In this document: positions 34,290-42,798 of the stretch, piece after piece
Layout of the letters: each line of letters begins with the position of its first letter
How positions within the stretch are numbered: the first letter of the stretch is position 1
Assembly: GCA_021811735.1 (NCBI GenBank)
Contig: JAJZNK010000025.1
Span: 69,400 to 133,399, forward strand
Direction of reading: 5' to 3'
DNA length: 64,000 bases
Source of the DNA: Nanobdellota archaeon
Lineage (GTDB): Archaea; Nanobdellota; Nanobdellia; Parvarchaeales; Parvarchaeaceae
Made by a program: the position numbers and the translations under genes
Notes under the pieces: generated by a model
The model's database searches: none
What the model was told of the DNA's origin: nothing
The model's input: only the letters and a program-made list of their open reading frames with translations

Positions 34290-35933
34290 ATGGTAATGCT
34301 AACTTATACAATTGATGAAATGAACAAGCTCCTCGGTAAAAAGCTTAGTGAAGAGAAATATGAGAATATCGCATTCAAATACGGTTTGGATCTAGAAGTC
34401 GGAGAAAGCGCACTGAATTTTGAACTTACATCTGATAGGACTGACATTGTGTCAAAATATTCTCTTGCGTGCATTTTTGCCTCAGAACTTGGAATAAAAT
34501 TAAAAAGAGATATATCTATAAAGACAGAGAATCCCGGAATTTTCGTAGAGAAAACTGGAAGGCCTTTTGTTAATTTACTTCATGTCAGTCTCAATGGACA
34601 ACTTGGTGACAACTTAGATGAAGTAATAAAGATACAAGAAAGACTTGATAAGAACGTTGGAAGAAATAGGAAAAAGGCAGCAATAGGCTTATTTGATTAC
34701 GGCAAAATAAACTTCCCAATAAAATATCACGAGGAGATAGGTGACAATATAACTTTCGTGCCGTTAGGGTATTCTACCAAAAAGAATTATAAAGATATAA
34801 TCGGCGAAATCAAACAAGGACACGAATACGGCGACCTTCTTCCAGAAAAACCAGTAGTATGGTCTGACAAAACTGGGAGCATAATAGCTTTACCTCCGAT
34901 TATAAACTCAGATTATCATTCCATAAACAAAACCACTAATGAGCTTCTGGTGGATGTAACAGGGAACGATCCTGTGACGGTAAACACTGTGACAAAGATA
35001 CTCGCATATAATCTCCAGTTCCTTGGTCATGTATCATTACTGAAAGTAAATTACAGTTCAAAATCTATCTCTACTAATATTTCCTTTGACACGCATGCTT
35101 TTAGTCTAAATGAAGATACAGTTGAGTCATTGCTAGGTTTAAGGGTCAACAAAGGGGAGATAAAAAATATCTTATCTAAGATGGACTATTTTGTTAGGGA
35201 AAATTCAAAAGACTTGGTGGTGAAACCACCGTTTTATCGCCAGGATGTCATGCATCAAGTGGACATAATAGATGACATAATGAGGTGTATAGGTATTGAC
35301 AAAATCCCAAAAATACCTCCTAATTTTTATACAGAGGGAGGATTCTTGAAAAATCACTATACTTTAAATAATATTCGGGAGATTCTAGTGGGATTCGGAT
35401 ACCAGGAGATTGACGTAAATGTGCTTACAAACGAGAAATATCAGTTTGAGAATACTTTTTTAAAAGGAAAGCAGTACGTTAGCCTATTACATTTGAAAAG
35501 TGGAGATGTAACTATGACAAGCAAGAATGTATTTCCAGAACTTTTGAGGTTAGTATCAAACAATCTACACAAGAAATTTCCGCAGAATCTGTTTTCGTTG
35601 TCTGAAATCACGGAGAAAGGTGATTCTGATACGGTGTTCGAAAATCGGACAAAACTCTGTGTGTTATCATGCGGTAAAGATGTAAATGTTACGTATCTTC
35701 TTTCGATTATTAAAAAAGTATTGGGAGATTCGCTCCTTATTAAAGATATAAGTGCGGGTTATTCTGGGCAAGAATTTTCAATGACCTTTATACCTGGTAG
35801 GGGATATAATATATATTTCGGCGAGAAGACAATAGGAATCGCGGGAGAACTTCATCCTAGAGTTATTAATTCATTCGGTATAGAACTGCCGGTTACATTC
35901 GCAGAAATCTACATTGACGAGCTTTCAGCATGA
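34290..35933 (+). CDS. pheT: Phenylalanyl-tRNA synthetase beta subunit (archaeal type)
   Basis: B3/B4 and B5 domain organisation; about 550 aa; immediately downstream of pheS. I chose the start at MVMLTY (34290) rather than the overlapping 34257. Confidence 0.85.
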   Translation: MVMLTYTIDEMNKLLGKKLSEEKYENIAFKYGLDLEVGESALNFELTSDRTDIVSKYSLACIFASELGIKLKRDISIKTENPGIFVEKTGRPFVNLLHVSLNGQLGDNLDEVIKIQERLDKNVGRNRKKAAIGLFDYGKINFPIKYHEEIGDNITFVPLGYSTKKNYKDIIGEIKQGHEYGDLLPEKPVVWSDKTGSIIALPPIINSDYHSINKTTNELLVDVTGNDPVTVNTVTKILAYNLQFLGHVSLLKVNYSSKSISTNISFDTHAFSLNEDTVESLLGLRVNKGEIKNILSKMDYFVRENSKDLVVKPPFYRQDVMHQVDIIDDIMRCIGIDKIPKIPPNFYTEGGFLKNHYTLNNIREILVGFGYQEIDVNVLTNEKYQFENTFLKGKQYVSLLHLKSGDVTMTSKNVFPELLRLVSNNLHKKFPQNLFSLSEITEKGDSDTVFENRTKLCVLSCGKDVNVTYLLSIIKKVLGDSLLIKDISAGYSGQEFSMTFIPGRGYNIYFGEKTIGIAGELHPRVINSFGIELPVTFAEIYIDELSA

Positions 35934-36367
35934 ATTGCGAAATTTGTGGTGCGTTTGAGGAAAATCTAGTAAACGTCCAAGTAGAGGGAGCTTTTATGAA
36001 TCTTTGCAAGGCGTGTTCAAAATATGGGAAGGCGTCAGCTGGGTATGGAGTTGCCCAGGGAGATAATAAAAAAATGCAGTTATATGAAAGATCTTTAAAG
36101 GACAATTTTTCCGATATAATAAGAGAAGGATCCGAAAAGAAAGGGTTGTCTCCGGAAGAACTTGCAGATAGAATAAAATGCTCTCCAAATGACATTAAAA
36201 AGATAACTAGTGGCAAGCTTTTACCAGATGGAGAAACTATCAGAAAATTGGAGCGGTTTCTAGATATACAGTTATATGAAACTGAATCTGCCTCTAATAA
36301 GATGTTCACAGGCAAAGATGAAAAGCTTTCATTTGGAGACATAGTAGATATTAAAAGAAAAAAATAA
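35930..36367 (+). CDS. mbf1: Multiprotein bridging factor 1 (aMBF1): Zn-ribbon + HTH
   Basis: N-terminal CEICG...CKAC zinc ribbon and C-terminal XRE-type HTH (GLSPEELADRIKCSPNDIKKITSGK). Confidence 0.7.
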   Translation: MNCEICGAFEENLVNVQVEGAFMNLCKACSKYGKASAGYGVAQGDNKKMQLYERSLKDNFSDIIREGSEKKGLSPEELADRIKCSPNDIKKITSGKLLPDGETIRKLERFLDIQLYETESASNKMFTGKDEKLSFGDIVDIKRKK

Positions 36368-36371
36368 TTTT

Positions 36372-36454
36372 GCAGGGGTAGCGAAGCGGTCAAACGCGTA
36401 AGGCTTAGGACCTTATGGCTTAGGCCTTCGAGGGTTCGAATCCCTCCTCCTGCA
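36372..36454 (+). tRNA. tRNA-Leu (anticodon UAG), type II with a long variable arm
   Basis: Acceptor GCAGGGG/CTCCTGC, 3-bp D stem, anticodon stem TAAGG/CCTTA with loop CTTAGGA, variable arm GGC-TTAG-GCC, T-arm GAGGG-TTCGAAT-CCCTC. Confidence 0.8.
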
Positions 36455-36486
36455 TCTATTTATATTTTGTAGGATCTCTGGTTATT

Positions 36487-36960
36487 ATGACATTGAAAAA
36501 ACTAATGGAAAAAACGCTTTATGGCTTATTAAACGAGGAAAAAAGCCACCCTAATTCGAAATTGTCATATTATCTAAGAATACATTTTCCAGAAAAGCTT
36601 GATGAAAACTCATTAAAGCAGATAATGGATGAATCTGCGGAAGCTAATTATATGCGAGTTTCTTATCTGCCGTCCGGATCAAAAATATTCTACGGATTAA
36701 AATCGGGATCCACTATGATGATATTATCAAAGAATAAGACTAGGATTGGTCGGGTTTTTACTAACGGTGTCTTTTTTAGTAGATGGTTGATGGTAAGTTA
36801 CTCTTTTCCATCTGGTGAGGATATTTCTGAGATAACCTTTGAAGTAGACAAATATGAATCCTACAAAAAAGAAGTATCAGATTTCATTGCAAGCATATAC
36901 AAGTGTGTATTCTCTGATAACGGGGAAAATGTGAACAGTTTCCTTGAACTCAGATATTAA
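36487..36960 (+). CDS. Hypothetical protein
   Basis: 157-aa ORF, no recognisable domain. Confidence 0.35.
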   Translation: MTLKKLMEKTLYGLLNEEKSHPNSKLSYYLRIHFPEKLDENSLKQIMDESAEANYMRVSYLPSGSKIFYGLKSGSTMMILSKNKTRIGRVFTNGVFFSRWLMVSYSFPSGEDISEITFEVDKYESYKKEVSDFIASIYKCVFSDNGENVNSFLELRY

Positions 36961-37071
36961 CAGAGCAATCCCGCAGATATGCAACGATTTTATCTCGTTT
37001 CATTAATGATAACCTTAAATACTAAAATTTACTTATTTTGTTAAGGATTAAAGTTAGGTGAGGTGTGAAAT

Positions 37072-37476
37072 ATGGTAAGTCTTCCGTTTGATAATTTCTT
37101 GAATATATTCAAGAAAAATGTAAATGTAGATTCTTCGAATCAAGGCAGTGATTATATCGAGCTTGAGGTAGATCAAGGCGATAAACCAATGCCGAAAATT
37201 TTCGTTAAATACTATAATATGAATAAATTCGAGGACGCTAGTCCGATTTTAAACGACATACGTTCAGGATACACCCTTTCATTTATAAAAGTCAAAGAAA
37301 TAAGAGAAAAAGGAGGAGTTGAAGAGCTCAAGAGAACGATATCAAAATTGAAGAAGAGTGCTGACGCTGCCGAAGCGCAAATAATCGGGGTAGACGAGGA
37401 TTATCTTTTGGTAGTTCCTGATTTTGTGAAAGTAGAAAAGGGAGAAATACTGGGTAACCAGGACGCTAAATTCTAG
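37072..37476 (+). CDS. sepF: SepF-like (DUF552) cell-division protein
   Basis: KIFVKYYNMNKFEDASPILNDIRSGYTLSF..ELKRTISKLKK...IIGVDEDYLLVVPDFVKVE follows the SepF C-domain pattern (V..P..f.da..i...l+.G..vi.nl...L.G....igv...flv.P..V.v). 134 aa. Confidence 0.45.
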   Translation: MVSLPFDNFLNIFKKNVNVDSSNQGSDYIELEVDQGDKPMPKIFVKYYNMNKFEDASPILNDIRSGYTLSFIKVKEIREKGGVEELKRTISKLKKSADAAEAQIIGVDEDYLLVVPDFVKVEKGEILGNQDAKF

Positions 37477-37477
37477 T

Positions 37478-37783
37478 TTAAGCGTAATAAGCGGCGTTTA
37501 TAGCATTCTTATCCGAATCCTTGGTTATGCTGAGCATAGTAAGTGACTTTACCGCCTTGCCATCCTCCTTTCCACCGTCAACCTTTACTGCGTTAAAGGA
37601 AAAGGATATATCATCAAAGAATTCCGCTGCGCTTCTGTCGACACCTATAATTTCAGGCTTTGCTGTGTTCAGTATCTCTTTCGCCTCATTTAGTGTCTTT
37701 ACTCTGTGAACCTGCACAGAATTATTTATTATCACTGCAATTATCAATCTTCCGTCATTTACCGCTATTCCTGCCTTTGCCAT
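37478..37783 (-). CDS. Hypothetical small protein
   Basis: 101 aa; GIAVNDGRLIIAVIINN at the N-terminus; no confident assignment. Confidence 0.3.
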   Translation of the reverse strand: MAKAGIAVNDGRLIIAVIINNSVQVHRVKTLNEAKEILNTAKPEIIGVDRSAAEFFDDISFSFNAVKVDGGKEDGKAVKSLTMLSITKDSDKNAINAAYYA

Positions 37784-38351
37784 AAAATATCTTTATAAGA
37801 AAAAGCTTTTCGAAGAAAAAATTTATCGAATACAGCCTTCTAAAACTAAGTTTTAAATGCTTTATCTCTTTATATACCTTATCCGTGTCATAAACACTTG
37901 AAATTACAATAAACGCCGTGCCGTTCCTCTTTAAGTGACTTTTTAACCCTCTTATTATCCTCAATGTGATTTCACTGCCATCTTTTCCGCCGTTTAGAGC
38001 ATAGTCCATCCAATCCCCATTTCTTTCCCCTGGTAGATAGGGTGGATTTGAATATATAACATCAAATTTTATCTTACCTAAGTTTGAAAATACGTCTGAT
38101 TTCATGCACTTTAGGTTTTTTATACTGTTTATCTTAGCATTGTGTTTTACCGCCCTTATTGCAAATGGATTTATGTCGACTGCCATGACTTCCTTTGCAA
38201 TTCCCGCAGCATTTATCGCTATTATACCGCTGCCCGTGCACATATCCAGCACTTCTCCTCTCGCATACTTCACGGCCCTAAGAAGGAGTGCACTGTCCTC
38301 TGCAGGAGGATACACGTTTTCGAATTCAGTTATATTGAGCATACGAAACAC
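37755..38351 (-). CDS. HemK/Mtq2-family methyltransferase (NPPY motif)
   Basis: SAM motif VLDMCTGSGIIAI; catalytic NPPY in VIYSNPPYLP. Confidence 0.7.
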   Translation of the reverse strand: MFRMLNITEFENVYPPAEDSALLLRAVKYARGEVLDMCTGSGIIAINAAGIAKEVMAVDINPFAIRAVKHNAKINSIKNLKCMKSDVFSNLGKIKFDVIYSNPPYLPGERNGDWMDYALNGGKDGSEITLRIIRGLKSHLKRNGTAFIVISSVYDTDKVYKEIKHLKLSFRRLYSINFFFEKLFLIKIFYGKGRNSGK

Positions 38352-38374
38352 TTATTAATATGTAATTAATTTAA

Positions 38375-38842
38375 ATGATAAATATGAAAGAATGGAGGAT
38401 ATATTTATTGCTTGCACTTCTAATAGTTCTACTGCTTGGTTTTATCGTCGCAGGTAAATCTTCTCCAGTTTATAACCTGCAGGTTCCGCAGTCGGTAAAC
38501 TGTAATTCTGTTAACCTTGGATTCACAACCCTGACAGGTAAAACTTTCAGTGCGCCAGAAGGTACAAACACGTTTTCAACGATATTGGTCAACAATACCG
38601 GAAACGTGACCGAAAGTATAGATTTGAACGTAGTTCCAAACGGAAATGTACCCTTTACAATAGAGTCTGCAAAACTATTCCAACTCAATTCCAGCACGAG
38701 CGGACACACTGAATTTGGAGTTTACTCTCCAACGAAGACTGGAAATTATAGTGTGGTTGCAAATTTGTCTGCCAGTTATCTTAATTGCGTCAATTATAAA
38801 CTTATACCCATGAATATCACAGTGGTCAATGCTACTGGCTGA
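38375..38842 (+). CDS. Secreted/membrane-anchored protein with multiple N-glycosylation sequons
   Basis: N-terminal hydrophobic signal/anchor (IYLLLALLIVLLLGFIVAG); at least 8 N-x-S/T sequons. Confidence 0.4.
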   Translation: MINMKEWRIYLLLALLIVLLLGFIVAGKSSPVYNLQVPQSVNCNSVNLGFTTLTGKTFSAPEGTNTFSTILVNNTGNVTESIDLNVVPNGNVPFTIESAKLFQLNSSTSGHTEFGVYSPTKTGNYSVVANLSASYLNCVNYKLIPMNITVVNATG

Positions 38843-39174
38843 TGGAAAATCAAGTAATAACCGACACCAAAATTGGGGAAATAAAGCAGGATAATATAAG
38901 GGTCAGAATAGTCGGAAGGGTAGTTTCATTCGATGAAAAAACTGGCATTTTTGAGCTGGAAGACGACGAACAAAAAATCACATGTATGGCAAATATGAGC
39001 GAATCCCACACCAGCCCACAAGATCTTGTGCTTGTAACAGGTAGGGCGATAGCGGCAGATTCCTCATTCGAAGTCAGGGCGGACAGCGTTGAAAGTATAA
39101 ATATAAAAGATTACAATAACTATAAGAAGTATTTAAAAATAAGAAACAATTTATTAAATAATAATGGAAGCTGA
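38842..39174 (+). CDS. OB-fold nucleic-acid-binding protein (RPA-like small subunit?)
   Basis: 110 aa; VRIVGRVVSFDEKTGIFELEDDEQKITC resembles an OB-fold core. Immediately upstream of PCNA, with overlapping stop/start. Confidence 0.3.
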   Translation: MENQVITDTKIGEIKQDNIRVRIVGRVVSFDEKTGIFELEDDEQKITCMANMSESHTSPQDLVLVTGRAIAADSSFEVRADSVESINIKDYNNYKKYLKIRNNLLNNNGS

Positions 39175-39904
39175 ATTTAAGGATGCGGAGACATTCAAGA
39201 AAATGATGGATTCTATCGGAAGTCTAATGTCTGATGTTTCTATTGATTTTAATGAGGAAGGATTTGCGATAAAGGCGATGGATCCTGCCAATATTGCGAT
39301 GGTCTTATTTGAGGCTAAAAAGTCAATATTCTCCAGTTTCAACGTTGACAAACCGGTAAAAATTTCCGTGTCACTAGACGATCTTGGAGGGATATTAAAG
39401 CTTGTAAAAAAAGATGACAAGCTTAAGATTTCCGATTCGAAGAATAAGCTTGTCCTTGATATAGCTGGGAAGAATAAACAGCACTTTGCAATCCCTCTTA
39501 TAGATGAGAATTACACGGCACAAAAGATTCCACAGTTGAAGTTTACCTCAGAAGTGACGGTTTTAAGCTCATTGATAAGAGATTCAATAAAGGCGGCGGT
39601 CTTAGTGGACGATTCTGTTTATTTCATGGTTGATAGACCAAGATTCATAATAAGTTCGAAGAGTGAGGAAAAAGAGTTTTCACAGGAACTTTCTATAAAT
39701 GATAACAGAGAAATCTTTGATATGAAGGCAGAATCAACCACGAGATCGAAGTATTCCATAGAATACCTCACAAAATTTCTTTATACTGCGGATCCTGATA
39801 AACCTATTAAGCTCTCATTTTCAAACAATTACCCGCTCAAATTGGATTATGAGATAAACTCAGATGCTTCTATGTCATTTATACTTGCAAATAGGCTTGA
39901 GTAA
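39164..39904 (+). CDS. pcn: DNA polymerase sliding clamp PCNA
   Basis: 246 aa; archaeal PCNA N-terminus (FKDAETFKKMMDSIGSLMSDVSIDFNEEGFAIKAMDPANIAMV); two-domain length. Confidence 0.85.
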   Translation: MEAEFKDAETFKKMMDSIGSLMSDVSIDFNEEGFAIKAMDPANIAMVLFEAKKSIFSSFNVDKPVKISVSLDDLGGILKLVKKDDKLKISDSKNKLVLDIAGKNKQHFAIPLIDENYTAQKIPQLKFTSEVTVLSSLIRDSIKAAVLVDDSVYFMVDRPRFIISSKSEEKEFSQELSINDNREIFDMKAESTTRSKYSIEYLTKFLYTADPDKPIKLSFSNNYPLKLDYEINSDASMSFILANRLE

Positions 39905-40342
39905 TCAAAACGTGAACAGTTCGCTTTCGTAAATTTCTATATCTCTTAGCAGCGTTGGGAGGGAGTTGTAATCGACCGAAAATATCTTTCCATTACCCTC
40001 GTTGTGTAGGGCCAATGAATTTGTTCGGTGTTTAGTGACCAGCAATATTATATTTTTGATATCTTTTGTTTGTTTCTCATCGATAAAGTTTTCTGCCCGT
40101 TTTAGTTGCATTTTCGCGAAGTTGTATTCCTTTTCTGGAGGTATATATGCATGATTCTTACAATCTACAAAGAACCTTCTCTTGTCATTTTTTGCTATGA
40201 AATCTATTTGGAATCGTCTCGTAGTTTTAAATCTGACGTCTCTATAAACAGTGTAGTCAAATCCTTCGAAAACGTCCGCAGTATCATTTTCAAACTTTTT
40301 CCATTCATTTTTACCCTTTTCAAATTTTACATCAAAATACAT
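39905..40342 (-). CDS. PD-(D/E)xK-fold nuclease, possibly Holliday-junction-resolvase (Hjc)-like
   Basis: QIDFIAKNDKRRFFVDCK resembles the D...(D/E)xK core, with a candidate upstream Glu (ADVFEGF). 145 aa; adjacent to PCNA. Confidence 0.3.
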   Translation of the reverse strand: MYFDVKFEKGKNEWKKFENDTADVFEGFDYTVYRDVRFKTTRRFQIDFIAKNDKRRFFVDCKNHAYIPPEKEYNFAKMQLKRAENFIDEKQTKDIKNIILLVTKHRTNSLALHNEGNGKIFSVDYNSLPTLLRDIEIYESELFTF

Positions 40343-40379
40343 AAAATATATAAAAGAGGTGTATTAATAAGTTGTATTA

Positions 40380-40450
40380 GCATCGGTAGTCCAGTGGTAA
40401 GACACTACCCTGCCACGGTGGAGACCCGGGTTCGAATCCCGGCCGATGCA
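40380..40450 (+). tRNA. tRNA-Gly (anticodon GCC)
   Basis: Acceptor GCATCGG/CCGATGC, anticodon stem CTACC/GGTGG with loop CTGCCAC, T-arm CCGGG-TTCGAAT-CCCGG. Confidence 0.8.
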
Positions 40451-40768
40451 TTACTTGGTTTTTTTCGATATCTTCTTCAAATAGATCCAGCTTTCTAGGT
40501 TGTTTAGTGGTCGGAGTATGGATCCTCCACCCATTAGAGAGAGAATTAGCAATGTCAAGCAGACAGCGGACAATGCGTATGTGAATGGGTAGAACATACC
40601 AGAGTACCCTAAGAATGAAGATACAGTCGCAGTCATTATAAACCCTACTTCTTTTCTATAGAAATACGTTATTCCTACTCCTATCGCTATCATCGCGAAG
40701 AAAAGATATGCTATGTAAGGATCTGTATTCAGCAACGAAGTAATTATTATAAACATTATATTTGTCAT
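40451..40768 (-). CDS. Small hydrophobic membrane protein
   Basis: 105 aa, 3 predicted TM segments. Confidence 0.35.
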   Translation of the reverse strand: MTNIMFIIITSLLNTDPYIAYLFFAMIAIGVGITYFYRKEVGFIMTATVSSFLGYSGMFYPFTYALSAVCLTLLILSLMGGGSILRPLNNLESWIYLKKISKKTK

Positions 40769-41133
40769 AAAAGCTTGAGTTTTGCAGTAATCCGGTTTAT
40801 TTCATCAGAGGCGTATGGTCCTATCCCTATAGCAGTCTCACTACCTGCCGGTACCTGTGTCTGCCCTGCATCTCTCACGATTTGATAAGGTATCTTGCTT
40901 TTTTTCAGTTTCAGTTTGATATCCTCAAATTCTTCAGGTCTGCTTATTTTCAGGACAATCTTTGTCTCACCTTCAGAAAGCCATTTTTCTGCGATATCTG
41001 GATATCTCTTTTCCACAGTCATGAAGCTCATTAGGCTAGCGTGGGATCCCTGTGCAACCATCTTGCCTGTTCCCATTCCCAAGTCTTTTCTTATTATTAT
41101 TATCTGTTTTATTTCTTTTCTTGATTTTTCCAT
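40765..41133 (-). CDS. pth2: Peptidyl-tRNA hydrolase, archaeal type (Pth2)
   Basis: 122 aa; GKMVAQGSHAS...QIVRDAGQTQVPAGSETAIGIGP matches the Pth2 family. Confidence 0.8.
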   Translation of the reverse strand: MEKSRKEIKQIIIIRKDLGMGTGKMVAQGSHASLMSFMTVEKRYPDIAEKWLSEGETKIVLKISRPEEFEDIKLKLKKSKIPYQIVRDAGQTQVPAGSETAIGIGPYASDEINRITAKLKLL

Positions 41134-41226
41134 ATATTAACGGCCTCTTATCAATATTATATGAGCCCATATTAAATATGTTTTAAATGATAATCCTCAT
41201 AAATCTGTCGATAGAAACGTATAAAT

Positions 41227-41433
41227 ATGAATCTGGCAATTAACTTACAAATGGCAGAAGCTGTGGTTGAGGAGAAAAATTTCTGTTCTTCATGCGATAG
41301 AGATATAGCGATAATTACAGACTCAGTGCTTTTCAACTGTCCAAATTGCGGATCTAAGATTTCAAGATGCGGTAATTGCAGAGGTAGAGGAGTGACTTAT
41401 ACTTGCAGAGTATGCGGTTTTGTGGGGCCTTAG
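41227..41433 (+). CDS. Zn-ribbon protein (COG2888-like), conserved neighbour of aEF-1beta
   Basis: 68 aa with CSSC...CPNCGSKISRCGNCRGRG...CRVCG (four Cys pairs). Confidence 0.55.
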   Translation: MNLAINLQMAEAVVEEKNFCSSCDRDIAIITDSVLFNCPNCGSKISRCGNCRGRGVTYTCRVCGFVGP

Positions 41434-41434
41434 T

Positions 41435-41704
41435 ATGGGAAAAGTCGTAATAAAAATAAAGGCGCTTCCAAAAGATACAGCTGTAGATATAGATAGACTT
41501 GTATCAGACATTAAGCAATTCCTTTCAAAATACGGTTCGGTATACAAATCAGATGTTCAGCCACTCGCCTTTGGGTTGACAGTGATAATGATAACTTTGG
41601 TAGCCGATGAAGATGAAGGAACCTCAAAACTTGAAGATGCATTTCCATCTTTTAAAGATGCAAGTCTTAACATCTCTGAAGTTAGCAGGGCGCCGGATTT
41701 TTAA
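41435..41704 (+). CDS. Elongation factor 1-beta (aEF-1beta)
   Basis: MGKVVIKIKALPKDTAVDIDRL...QPLAFGLTVIMITLVADEDEGT..LED matches aEF-1beta. I placed the start at the MGKV Met. Confidence 0.8.
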   Translation: MGKVVIKIKALPKDTAVDIDRLVSDIKQFLSKYGSVYKSDVQPLAFGLTVIMITLVADEDEGTSKLEDAFPSFKDASLNISEVSRAPDF

Positions 41705-42763
41705 TCAGTTTACATTCTTTACTTCTTCAAGAAAAAGTTTTTTGAATTTTCCCATATCTTTATAAGCTATAGATCCACCAGAGGCTTTGTCATGTCCGCC
41801 GCCTTCTCCATTCATCTTGCTGAATATACTCTGGAGTATTACCTGAAGGTGTATATCGACGCCGTTTGCCCTCAAGTTGAGACGCATAGTCCTACCATTT
41901 ATTTTTGTCATAAAAACCAAGATGTTGCCATAATACATTTTGTCGAAACTAAGTTCAGTTACAAGTGTCGACGAATACCGCTTCTTTTTAGGGTCTAGTT
42001 CAAAAAAGTATACCTTCCCTATCTTTTCCGCACCGTTTTTAAAGTCATTTTTTAGCTTTTCAAGTTCTTCTCTTACTTTTTTGTCAGCATATATGAACCT
42101 CTGGTTGGTTAACACGTCATTCAAGGACTCTGCATTTATTAGTATACCAAGGGCTTCATCTGCGCCATCTCTGTTATATACAGATGTCATGGATCCAACC
42201 ATACCAGCGGCCTTTCCGAAATCGTTGTCGTACATATATTCATCTTCTCCCAGCTTTATCCCATATCTCTTTGCGGCTTTCGTCACGGCTTCGCCGTTTT
42301 CTTTTCCACCCGAATCCCCTACAAGCCCAATCGTTGACAGCCAATCAAGCTCTCCTATCTCCTTTTCAAAAATATTATACATTAATAATGAACAGGGAGT
42401 ATAGGTATTATCACCCCATACTTTTGGATTTGCATAGGCAAAACCTTCTGCGTTTATTATCTGGTGGTGGTCTATAATGCAAAGATTTTTCTTTTTAAAT
42501 AGGTCAAGCTGAGTTTCTCTTATTTGCATATCACATACTATAATATTTTTGCTATATTCCTGCATGTCAAGTTTTTCATAATCTTCATAGTTCGTCGGCC
42601 TGTAGTAATAAACTCCTTTTTTCATTGTTTTTAGGACGGCTGACAGTAGTGCAGCGCTTACTATTCCATCCGTGTCGAGGTGATAGAAGATAGTGAAATC
42701 ATTGTTTTCCGAAACAAAGTTCCTGACGCTAGCTATGCTCATTTCTTGTTTGTTCGAATCCAT
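41705..42763 (-). CDS. DHH/DHHA1 phosphoesterase (RecJ-like/nanoRNase family)
   Basis: HLDTDGIVSAALL (DxD), IIDHHQ (DHH), C-terminal GEGGGHDKASGG (DHHA1 GGGH); 352 aa. Confidence 0.7.
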   Translation of the reverse strand: MDSNKQEMSIASVRNFVSENNDFTIFYHLDTDGIVSAALLSAVLKTMKKGVYYYRPTNYEDYEKLDMQEYSKNIIVCDMQIRETQLDLFKKKNLCIIDHHQIINAEGFAYANPKVWGDNTYTPCSLLMYNIFEKEIGELDWLSTIGLVGDSGGKENGEAVTKAAKRYGIKLGEDEYMYDNDFGKAAGMVGSMTSVYNRDGADEALGILINAESLNDVLTNQRFIYADKKVREELEKLKNDFKNGAEKIGKVYFFELDPKKKRYSSTLVTELSFDKMYYGNILVFMTKINGRTMRLNLRANGVDIHLQVILQSIFSKMNGEGGGHDKASGGSIAYKDMGKFKKLFLEEVKNVN

Positions 42764-42798
42764 TCAACATCTTATATGTCTATCCAATAAAAAGGCTC

